DNA of 61,951 bases, counting the filler, from Basidiobolus ranarum (taxonomy: Eukaryota), in the NCBI GenBank assembly GCA_040143965.1. It is 10 parts of 10 records of this genome, joined end to end, with 100 filler letters (N's around TTAATTAATTAA, not from the genome) between each part and the next. Parts side by side here need not be neighbours in the genome. Positions count along the whole stretch, not along the records: positions 37,279 to 43,375 come from JASJQH010001410.1; positions 43,476 to 49,569 come from JASJQH010001411.1; 8 more parts are not named here. One strand, 5' to 3'. This document shows positions 38,352-49,669 of this stretch, one piece after another; position 1 is the first letter of the stretch; each line of letters begins with the position of its first letter. The notes under the pieces are model-generated. The model did no database searches. It was not told the DNA's origin and was given only the letters and a program-made list of their open reading frames with translations. The position numbers and the translations under genes were made by a program.

Positions 38352-40439
38352 ACAATCTGTATAAAACTGTTGACTTCTTGATCTTCTGATACACTACCTT
38401 CAGTACTGGAATAACCATGGGCAACAACTAGCCACATGTTTGCAAAGTTTTCTGGACTCACTGGTTTGACCAAACTTGCACTTCTACCTACATCATTCTG
38501 GTAATGTAGCTGTGTTAGCTCCACTGTATCTTGACTTGTAGCAGTGTTACCAAAACTTGGAGATAAAGCACAGCCAGTGGACCCAGTGAGCAAAACGAAT
38601 GTCAATCTTGTGCACTTACTTCTATTGCAACTCACAAGGCTTTGTACCATTACCATGCTTGTGAATATTTTCTCTATGAAGCCTCTGGCTTTGGTAGCAC
38701 AAGAACCTGTGACTAGAATATTAAGGCATCTTTAAACATTTGTGCTACAGCCTGAGAAGGATATTATAGCAAAAGAGCACCCATGATGTAAAGGTGGTGT
38801 TTTAGATATACCCTATCGACAGTAAAGCATTTATCAATTTACCAACCATATCCCTTTCTAGTGATAGTGCAAGTGAAGAGATCACAATCCCCCAATGAAA
38901 TAGTAAATCAATAGTAAAGCAAAGCTCAACCAAAACACCATCAAGACAATCAACTTTCAAAACTCCACTTGCCCAACTATTGCATATCCCCCATAGACAA
39001 TTTGGATAGAATCAATACAATCTCAGGCAGAACACCATAATCATTTATATGCAATCAACAGTGAGTACGATGGAGCTGCAACCCAGGCCATGACAAGCAA
39101 TGATGCAACAGTATCCCATTCAATGCAGCATTCAGAAACAACCAGTCAACAGTTAGAGAGACACTCAACATTGATACAAGACCTTAAAAATGCTGTACTT
39201 GAGCTATAGCAACATGCAGTTCTTTCTGTCCACTCTCATATGGGATTTCTATCTATCCCACACCATACATATGAATGTCACCATGACAATCTAGCAGAGC
39301 TGGATATGTGCTAGACTATGAAGCCTACAAAACAATCCAAAGTTGCTTGGGCACATGAAAGTAGATATCTCATAGCAAAATCAGCACACCAAAAGACTCT
39401 GAATGTCATAGCTGCTGTCACTTGCTCTGATGGTACATGGTTTTACATTTTCAAAACTGTAAGGAATTGTGTCCAAAATCATCTTGATTGGTGCCAACTG
39501 AGGAAAAACCAAAGACCTTGAATCACTCAGAAAATTCCCAACTTGCTTCAGGTGGCTTATCATGGGTTTTCACTAGCAATTAGCAATTGAGCTAGTATAG
39601 GATTAATTATGAAACATCTCAAAAATGTAACCATATATTAACTTGAAGAAAGAAAAGCAGCTAAATATATACTCAAGGACCAGCAAGTTATTAAATGCAA
39701 GGGAAAAGCAAAGGAGCCAGTGAGTTTAGGCTCTTTCTTTCCACTTGACAAATTCTTAACTCCATTACAGAGATCTGTATTTTGAGAGTCAGATTTACTA
39801 GCAGATATACTGGCACAAAGGCTTAATTTAATCTTGCAACCAAGTACACCAGTTGGAAGATTGCAAAAGTTGAGAGTTTGTCCATCACCTGGCATCTCTC
39901 AACAAGCTAAGACACCTGCAAATAAAACTTATGGCTTTCCAACCTCAATTGGTATATTTCAAAGTGTCAAAATTAGCCCTAAATGTGAGAGCAAGCAGAA
40001 AGCACCTATACACTGCAAAGCATGCTCAGCAGTGTCACACTACAAGGATGTATAAAAGTTGTAAAAGTGATTGGAGAGTATTTTGAAATTATGATTGGAA
40101 AAATGCAATGCAAGTATACAGAAAGTGGTGCCAGAAGAACATTTAAATTGATATTTAGTCTGGTGTTGACTGTACAGATATCAGGAAAGAACTTACTGCA
40201 GAGTGCCATAATCTTGCAGGGTATGTGCCCAAGAGCTGGAAGAATGTTGATTCAGCAAAGTTAATAAAATGGTAGGCTTTGATGGGGATAGTGAAACAAA
40301 CCTGTGTGGGATATGAGCTAAACCTGGGGTATGAAGAACTCTATAAGAATATTCAGGAGTATATATCAAAGAACCTAGGGATTTTGAGGTGACAAATTAG
40401 CATTCAAGTGGTAAATGTGTAAATCTCAAGTTTCATTCT

Positions 40440-43000
40440 TTACACATGTGTTGGTCCATAGTTTTCAGAAATTGTAACCAATCATGTGATACCGTTCCGA
40501 AAGATCTTGAAATTTCAATACCAAAACTGAAATAATTGATTAAAATCAAATCTAACTTGATGATTTTAAGACAATAAGTAAATGGTCAATCCCAAATGTA
40601 TTAAAATTGTGATGGTTTTCCTACAATAGCAATCCTCAAATTTCTGTCAGGGGATACCCTGCAATATTGTGCCACTCTGTATTAAGTTCTTCCCAGATAT
40701 CTACATGGTCAACACCAGACTGAGTGTCAAGTTGAATGTTCTGCTGAAGCCACCTTCAACTTGTTGAATTTGTGCTGGTAAGTAAATGGCCAATCCAAAA
40801 TGTATTAAAATTGTGAAGGTTCTCTTGCAATAAAAATCAGTAAATTTCTGTTAGGGAAAATAATTGGGGCTATTTCTGCCCCAGTTGGATCTCCTGATTT
40901 GAGATAAGGGTAATATGACTTCTGGCATTGTATTGGGCACTTAAGTAGGTTGCATTTGGGCTGAATATTTCACAGGAGTGCTATTTTCTTCATTTAAGTG
41001 ATTTGAATCAATTTGGATAACTCAATTGGGAGAAATTTCATTTTCATGATCTTCTGAGCTTATTTTGAGAAAAACATCTTCCTTTTCATTGAACAATACA
41101 TCTCTGGATTTGGTTAAGTTGGGAATCTTGGTATCATAGAGTCTGTAGGTCATAGCTTGAGTTCATTAACCAAGAATTGTATTTCTTGCTTTTTGGATCA
41201 AATTTAGACCAATTTTTGATCATAATTTTGTCATAATCAATGCATCCAAAGCTCCTCAAGTGTTTTATAACAGGCTTAACTCAAAACTAAGCTTGCTAGA
41301 GTGTAGAGTAAGACTCTCTTAGAGTAAAACTCCTATTCTTCAGATATACAGCTTTAGCAACAGATTTGACCTAAAAGTTACAAGATAGTTTTTGTGCATT
41401 TATCATAGATCTTGCCATTTCTATTGTATTCCAGTTAGCTTTTTCAGCTACTCCATATTGTTGAGGTGAATAGGGGGCAGTAGTATCTTATTTGATTCCA
41501 TGAACCTTACAAAAGTAATTCAATAGCATTGAAGTATATTTTCCACCAGTATCACCTAATACCTCTTGAGTCTGGTTGCAGTTTTAGTCTCCACAAGTGT
41601 TCCAAAATCTCTAAAGATGTAGGGAGGTTCTTCTTTTCTTTCCATAGAATAGACCCAAGTGTATCTTTTATCATCATCAATAAATGGGATTATATGTTTT
41701 TTCAGCCTAAAGTTATATTTTGCATAGGTGCACACAAATGAGAATGAATGAGATCCAATTTTTTGATAGATTGAATTAAACCAAAGCTCTTGACCTATGA
41801 ATGGCCATCTCTCATGAAAACCTTTCTAAATGAGTTTTCTTCATAATCCACAAATCAATGATTTTCAATTGTGAAATTTTGGGAGGCTCCAGAATCCTGA
41901 TACCACATCTGAGACTTCTTGTTAGTAGTCATACACAAAACAGATATCATCAAGTGATCTTTTGTTATAATCACATTTCCAGATTCAATACATTTTTCTT
42001 CTTTTGGAATTCTTTTAAAGCAGTCCTTGCTTAAATAACCATTTCTTCTACAGCAATCCCAGAATGTGCTACTTTGCTCCTTAAAGTGTTTAGCCTTTGT
42101 ACAAAGGTTTCAGATAGCCTATGAAAGTATTTTCTTCACATATTGGTTGGAGCCTAATTTTCAAAAATCTTAATCAAAAAGTCTGTTAAATACACACTAT
42201 GAGGTCTAATTTTAAGTTATGATTTTAAAGCTATGACTAGGCTAAGAAACATCTGTAGAAAGCTATTCAGGAACATGATTGCAGTATCTTGATTAGTAGT
42301 ATTTACTCCTATGCATTCTATTACATCTGCACAGATAGTGATCAATTTAATTAGTGACCAAATGTTCCCTCCTGCCTTCAACATTAAGTTAAAGAATTGT
42401 CTTCTTAGAAGCTACTTGTTAGCAGCTGAACAAGTCTAGTAGGTGTCTTCAAAGGCCTTCCATCTTCTTCACTGTTTTAGCTCTTGAACATTCAATTAGC
42501 ATTTTGTCTTTTACCTCAAGACAAATTGTGTCAAAGGCACTTTGTTCTTTCACACCCGAAGCAGTATTTTGGTTTCAGATAGTTTTGCATTGTTTTCTTC
42601 TCCTACAACAGTGTCCCAAAGTCCTTTTTGCAGCAGCATTTTCTTTTTAATTTTCCAAACTTGATAATTGGCTCCATCCAATTTTTCAGAAGAGGGAAAA
42701 GTCCCATAGATTTGAGTAGGAGACAATACAGAGAGTGCAAGCTGGGGGCTCATAACCTGTTAAAGTATTTGGGAGCTTGTTGGAAGTGGTTTGGAGAATT
42801 AGAGGAATTAGTGGTTTTCACTAATTGATATATTGAGTAGAAAGTTCACATTTATAGTTTTGTGAATGTGTTTAAAATACTACCATATAGAATGTGTTAA
42901 GGAAGGTCCCAGGAACTTGTGTGCAATGTTTGGGGCTTCTAGCACAAGTTTGAAAAATCAATATATCCGAGAACTTCCAAGGTTATTGATCTCAATTTTG
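40440..43000 (-). mobile_element. Degenerate Ty1/copia element, 5' half (5' LTR, PBS, gag, integrase)
   Basis: The LTR end TTTAACA abuts PBS GGTTATGAGCCC (42746-42757). gag KLDGANYQVWK...KGLWD, a zinc-knuckle remnant, and integrase GDTGGKY and TAPYSPQQYGVAEKAN. Confidence 0.9.
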
Positions 43001-44148
43001 CATGATGCACTAAGCAGTAAAGATAGCATAATTTTAGAATTAACAAGAGAATTCAGCAGTTGCCACTGTTTGAAGCTGTAGATGCTGATTTGCTTTGGTT
43101 ATTTTTGTTGTCTCCTTGATATATTCACAGAAGGAACTTTGCTTGAAACTCTGTGCTGAGTTGGTTGGTTTGATCCTGCTGAAGTTCCTCTACCTTGGCC
43201 AGCATGAGTTGTGGCTTGAGGTCAATGTGCTGTGGTATGATTTGGCCCATCCAGTCTAGTTTTCAGTTTGTTTGTATCTACCGTCTGTTCTTGAGATGTG
43301 GAGCCTTCACTTCATTAGTCAACCAGCCGTTGCTGCTGGTGTGCAGCTCTACATGTTGACCTGGAATTTCTTACTNNNNNNNNNNNNNNNNNNNNNNNNN
43401 NNNNNNNNNNNNNNNNNNNTTAATTAATTAANNNNNNNNNNNNNNNNNNNNNNNNNNNNNNNNNNNNNNNNNNNNAAGGGGCTGGGGGAAGCCACTCCGG
43501 CGAGAAAACTTCCCAAACTCCACTTTCGATTAGTTAAGTCGAGCTAAAGGGAATCAAATAAGCAAATAGAAAGATCGAGTGGATCTTAGTGATGAATCGT
43601 TTGATTAAATACCCATCACTTCTAAACATTGTTTCAAACCCGAATTCCCCAAGCCTTGACTTAGACAGTCACTATTTTATATCTCATCTCGTCTATCGAA
43701 CCTCATACACCCCCCAACATAGTTGTGAAATAACAAATGATGATATATCACCACTACTAGTATACTGAATCGATGTAAATCGGAGTAATATCCACTTGGA
43801 TGAAAAATCTATAAATTTTATACCTCAGTTCATTTTCATGAAACTGATCCTTGAAACTAATCGTATATTAGTCGAAAAATAACTTCCCTTCGAATATCCG
43901 ATAATTTATGATTTAAATTTTTGAACGTTATCAAGGTAACATTGGATGTTTCGGAAACTTGGAAGGCACGATGTTTTAACAGTAGTTTTGTAACTAATTT
44001 ATGAAGAAGACAATTGTTTACTAGAGGACTCATGGTTATATTGGTCACTCGAAAGAAGTATAAAGCAAAGTGAATATTACATAAAGTGATGAATTTGTTA
44101 ATGAAGGGTATAAGAGAACAAAAAGAAAGCTCTAATATACGAAGGATG

Positions 44149-44427
44149 TTATATATTACAAGGAACTGTACAGTTGTGTATGAGTATTTTCTCAGAAGTA
44201 TGCACGCGATTCATGTACTCCTCGAGTCGAGCTGATAGCTCACCTACTGATAAGTTACTTTCTATACGCTGACCTCTAGTATTGTGACAAAATTTCTTTG
44301 CTTTTTCTAGATTACGCCGGCGTTGAATTCGTCTCAAAGGTGTATATGTATTGCTAGTTTTTTGTGCTAGCATGTGGTAGTATTTTCGTGCGTCGTTCAA
44401 AAAATTCGCGGTTAATTGATTCTCCAT
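44149..44427 (-). CDS. Hypothetical small basic protein (92 aa)
   Basis: ATG-initiated uninterrupted ORF, TATAAAA ~140 bp upstream, AT-rich 3' flank. No recognised family. Confidence 0.45.
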   Translation of the reverse strand: MENQLTANFLNDARKYYHMLAQKTSNTYTPLRRIQRRRNLEKAKKFCHNTRGQRIESNLSVGELSARLEEYMNRVHTSEKILIHNCTVPCNI

Positions 44428-46183
44428 GATTCAAGAAAATGGGAGGTGATTTTACGTGATGTTAGAAGGTTTATTGCTGAAGGTCTAACAACTAATTGAT
44501 TGTAGGGTAGGATATAGAAGGTAGAATTAGAGTTAGTGAATGCCCCGTTTTGTCATTTTGTACATTTTTATACGCGAAGATCCATTGCGAAGATAATTGG
44601 CTGAATATCAGTTGATCTTTGGGGAATACAGCCCCACACTTGGCTTGGTCACGATTTAACCATTTTCTGACGCATTAGTTGATTCTATATCGAAGGGTTA
44701 AATATAATCTTGATTAGGGACTCAAGCACTATAAATTAATATGAATCATTGCCAAGAATAGTATAGATGACGTAGATTCAGTAGACTCTTAAACAGTCAC
44801 ATAATGGTGTCAGACTAATTTACAGGAGCCAGCGTTCTTTATTCATACTCAATTATTTTAAATCACTCTAAATTCGAATCACAGTAAATTGAACGAAGAA
44901 AAGGCACTTTTAATTGGAACTATACTTCAACATGAAGCCGCTAATATTCTGTTTAGTATATATATAATAGTATACTATTTAACGACTTCGCTATTTGACA
45001 TCAACCCCTTAGTTGGTGAACAAACAAATCATATTTTGAGAATGTGAGGTGAGAGGTAAAAGAAGAATATAGTTTTCAGAAAATAACAGAATATGCAATA
45101 ATAAACGATACTTCTGAAACTTGCCTTAGCTGACATGAAAGTTACTTGGGCGAAGGGTTACCTATGAAGATTGTCAATACAAATATTGCGGCGAGGTCAT
45201 TTACATCACCAGCTATACATTGAGGCTGTTTTAAACAGGACTAAAATCATGATAGCGTTGATTGGAAAACACCTTCCGCACCATAAATTACCAACAAACA
45301 TTTGCCACTTTTTTTTGAAACACTTGATAATAAGTGTATGTTTTCGAAAGTTACTTCCGCAAGTTACCTCTAATTGATTTTTTCTCCTAAGAATGCGCAA
45401 ATACGTGTTTTTGACAACATTGTTCAGCTTTAGGATTCAGAATGAACAACAGAGGAATTTAAGCTACCATCTGAATAATTGGCTCCATGTGGACACTTGC
45501 GCCCAATCATCACATGGAACTAATCTTTGGGAATCTGAATGGGTCATCTCTGATATCGGCAAATAACTGTTATCGATAAAAGCAGTGGCTTTATCTGTAT
45601 ATTTAATCAGTTGCCAACTATAGTAAATAGAGGAGATTAGATAGCAATATATGGTAAATGTTATTTTAAACTACATTTCCTTATTTATTAGATTTTTAGC
45701 CAATCAATAGCAAGTATAAGATATTATTTCCATTCTTGAGTAATCTTTAGGATACAGTTCAGAAAATTGCGATGTTGCCAAGCATTTGGACGTGTGTTTA
45801 AATCTAAGAGGGTAAACTTTTGGTACATACCTGGTGGAGAAACCCCATGACAATGCTTCAATAGGTTATTTTCACATGAGGATCACAATGCAAACTATCA
45901 AAGCCGTCTATGAACAAACTAGTCCCAACTATTTTACTTTTGCGACTACTGATTAGAAAGAGATTCCAAAAGTGTAATATACGCGAGGTAATTTGGATAT
46001 TAGCGTGGTGTGAGGTTTTATTTCTTTGTTACTCACAAAAGTGGTTTTCGGAAGCTATTAGGTATTATCGCAGGAATATGAAAACGAATCAAAAGTAATA
46101 CAAGTACATGGGAAAGCTGACTTAATGGTCTATAACAGCTTGAGTTACCGCAGAAGACATATACAGAGCTGAAGTTGACATTA

Positions 46184-46426
46184 TTAGATGGAGGGGGTTT
46201 CAGCAAAATGGGAAGCGCAAGAGTTGTTCATCAAAAGAGTGTAGATATGCTCAGAGAAATTGGACTTTCTGACTACTCGTGTGTTCTTTTCTCTAGCCAT
46301 TGGTACGCCCCCGAGAAAAGTAAGAGGAGACTGGGGAGATGAAGGTGAATATTTCTTGTTGGTTGCGGTATGGGTATCTGAGGTTCCGAACTCGAAAGAA
46401 ACAGTTTCAAAAGCAAGTGGTGCCAT
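46184..46426 (-). CDS. Hypothetical small protein (80 aa)
   Basis: Good start context (GACATGG), TATAAAAA ~65 bp upstream, many C-ending codons, and GC above the flanks. Confidence 0.5.
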   Translation of the reverse strand: MAPLAFETVSFEFGTSDTHTATNKKYSPSSPQSPLTFLGGVPMAREKNTRVVRKSNFSEHIYTLLMNNSCASHFAETPSI

Positions 46427-47685
46427 GTCGAGAGATATAAGGCTGTACAGAATGAATTAGATGCCTTTGTTATATGGACATAACTCTTCTTTTATAAGAT
46501 TCTTGTATTTCGTAACCAGGCCGTGTTTTGACCAATCAACGGCCCTTATATTGCCATTCTCTTAAAAATTCCCCTAATATAGGAATATAGGTAAGACACG
46601 AAGCAGGTTTGGATTTCCAAAAATCTGCCGTAGACCAATATTGGATTATTTTAAGAAGATTACAATAGATATAGGGGCAATCATAAGATCTTGTTTCGTG
46701 AAATCATTTTGAATCCCCTCCGTGTTGGGTTTCTGGGATTTAATAAACGTAAACGCTTCTAAACAAAAAAAGTAAAACCGCTCGATCACACTTTCGCATT
46801 TTTCATTTACAATGACGTCCCTCACTCATCAGACATTGGCAAACCACATACAATTAGAGTGCAGGGATTCATTTTCTAGACTAGAAATCACTTTGATTAC
46901 GATGGAAAGCCATAGATGCAGAACAGGGTGCATAGTCCTAACATGTAGAGGCTATCACCGATTCTCTATTATGGCATCCTTCAAACCTGTTTTGGATTAG
47001 GCACAATTTGCGGTGCAATAATCCTTTCAATTCTAGAAGTTGCTGCAATCATCCTTAAATGATAGCCAATATCACTCATTGTGGTTTAGGACAGAGTAGC
47101 GTAGCGTCGCCCAAATGAATTGGGTACCTGTTCGAAGAAAACGGCCCAATATGGCTGGAAGGATGACCGCGGCATTGTTTACTGAATGAACAAGATCTTC
47201 TAGCCAAGTTAGCAAGTGAGAAATGCACGTACGCTGATGTTTATCTAACGCATCCTCTTGTTACAAACTACTTGTCGCATCTTCGATGAAACCTCAAAGA
47301 TACCAAGCTATGCTTTACAGTATTGCTACTGCGTGATTAGCTTGATGCATATGGATTTCACACCTGCTTATCTATCAACTTGTTTCTAATTTAGGCTGCG
47401 GTATTGGTCTCATCCATTAGCACCTACTAAGTATCTGACAAAGATTGTGTCACATTAAAACGGTGCTGTGATTATACAACAGTGTACTGGTTGGTTCGTA
47501 AAATATTTGATCATGATTAGCCACAATAGCTTGAGTGTATTAATCAACAGCCTGTGTCGTAGAAATTTTTTGGGGTGAACAAGTTTTCACCAAATTCATA
47601 AAAAATTGATGTGTTGTATGTCTATATACATTAGGTGAATAACCGTTGAACTATTCTCGTCACAGTTTGTAGATTTCCCAAGAAT

Positions 47686-48669
47686 ATGTATTTTAGAATT
47701 CTGGCTGGTAATTGTACTAAGAAGTCTTTAAGTACAGGACTATTGAATGTAAATCCAAATATTTCTATTTAATTTGTGAGAAATATGGACTAATGTCATT
47801 TACTTGTTTTAGAGATTTGGCGCTACTCAATACCACGGTATCAAAACTGCTGTAAACGCTGTGAAAAAAGGCCAAACTATCGAGTTTAGAAATGGCTTAT
47901 GGGTAGTGAATGGAAAGGAGCACGGTGTCATGGGTCGTGGCAGTGCTTTAGTTAAGGTATGTTGTCAAGAATAAGCAACATATTGACAGTCGAACTGATC
48001 CTTTTGTTCACAGCTGGAGCTTCGTAACACCACTAACGGAGCTAAATGTGTAGAACGTTTCCAACCTAGTGATTCAGTTGAAGGTAGCTTCATATATAAT
48101 AGACTGACTATATACGTTATTATTTACTAAATTTCACTTGCTATGCTATAGTCAAGCAAGCTCATTTGGAACAGTATCAATATCTATACACTTCCGATGA
48201 TAGAGTCTATCTTCTTCACCAGGATACTTTCGAAGAGCTTGAGTTAGATAAAAGTGCCCTAGAAGGTTAATTTATAACTTTTCTTACAATCTTTCATGAT
48301 AGTTGATATTGATATTTCATTTACTTTCGCATAATCAGGTGGTGACAAAGTTTTCCCAATGTTAGAGGGTAATTTTATATATCTAAAGTTTATCGTATTT
48401 TCTGACTATGTCTAATCGATTGCCAATTAGACAATATGATTGTTACAGTCCAATTCATAGAATCAGCTGGCCCTGTTGCTTTCCGTCTTCCCGCTCAACA
48501 CGTCTATACCATTGAGTCTTGTACTGATGTTGTAGGCCATTCAAAAGGTGCCACTTATAAGCCTGCTACATTGACTAACGGTTGTCGCGTCTCAATTCCC
48601 GACTTTGTTAAGGCAGGTGATAGAATTTTAGTAGATACTGCTGAAATGAAGTACCTTAACAGGGCCTAG
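47686..48669 (+). CDS. efp: Bacterial-type translation elongation factor P, nuclear-encoded and probably mitochondrial, 6 exons
   Basis: Spliced MYFRILAGNCTKKSLSTGLLN|RFG...VKKGQTIEF..GLWVV..EHGVMGRGSALVK|LELRN..NG...ERF..SDSVE|..YQYLY....L....TFEE...YKPATLTNG..VSIPDFVKAGDRILVDT...Y..RA* covers all three EF-P domains. Confidence 0.9.
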
Positions 48670-48832
48670 ATTCCTCATTTTTTTGAGTTTATTTCCGAAA
48701 AGTCACAATATAATCATTTCATTCAAAAACTATTTTGTTTATATTTATTATATATTATGAAATACTCATAGCTCGTCTCGGCTAATACTAATGCCAAGTC
48801 TAGTTGTGGCATCACGTGATAAATGGCTCACA

Positions 48833-49569
48833 TGTTGAAGTATTTTGGGGGCTTATTGGTAGTGGTTTGAAGAATTGATTATTTTCACTTATCAGTTTAT
48901 TGAGTAGAAAGTTGACATTTAACATTTTGTCATGATGTAAGCAAATAAACGTGTAGGATGTGCTAAGGAGGGTCCTAGAAATATGTGTGCCAAGTTTGGG
49001 GCGTCTAGCTCAAGTTTGAAAAAATCTATATATTTGAGAACTTCTAAGTTGGTGTCAATGTTCTAAGTAAATTCCAATTGAGAATAGTGGGTGATATCTT
49101 AGTTCAATATGGAATGACTAAATACTAAGCTATATATGACTATATAGACGTTTAGGCTATGCTAATTTCTGTTAAAGTATTTTGGGAGCCTGTTGGAAGT
49201 GGTTTGGAGAGTTTGAGAAATTGGTGGTTTTCACTTGTTGAATTATTGAGTATTCAGTTGACATTTATAGTTTTGTCAAGATGTAAACAAACTAACGTGT
49301 ATAATGTGTTAAGAAAGGTCCTAGAGATATGTGTACAAACTTTGGGGCTTCTCACGCAAGTTATCAAAATCTATATCTTCAAACTTCTAAGTAAATTCCT
49401 CTTGAGAATAATGGGTAATATCTTAGTTCAATATGTTAAAGTATCTGGGAGCCTGTTGGAAGTGGTTTGGAGGATTAGAGGAATTGGTGGTTTTCACTTA
49501 TTGATTTATTGAGTATTCAGTTGACATTTATAGTTTTGTCAAGATGTCCACAAACTAACGTGTAGATTG
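48833..49569 (-). mobile_element. Three co-oriented, truncated copies of a copia LTR
   Basis: TGTT(G/A)AAGTAT..GGG starts at 48833, 49170 and 49434. Same family as the LTR starting at 42758. Confidence 0.88.
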
Positions 49570-49669
49570 NNNNNNNNNNNNNNNNNNNNNNNNNNNNNNN
49601 NNNNNNNNNNNNNTTAATTAATTAANNNNNNNNNNNNNNNNNNNNNNNNNNNNNNNNNNNNNNNNNNNN

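Noticed and set aside
40060-40190. Faint IS1595/Merlin-like phrase (VPEEHLN*YL)
   Set aside because: Too short and degenerate, with no DDE core visible.
49159-49512. 117-aa ORF
   Set aside because: Lies entirely within stacked LTR copies.
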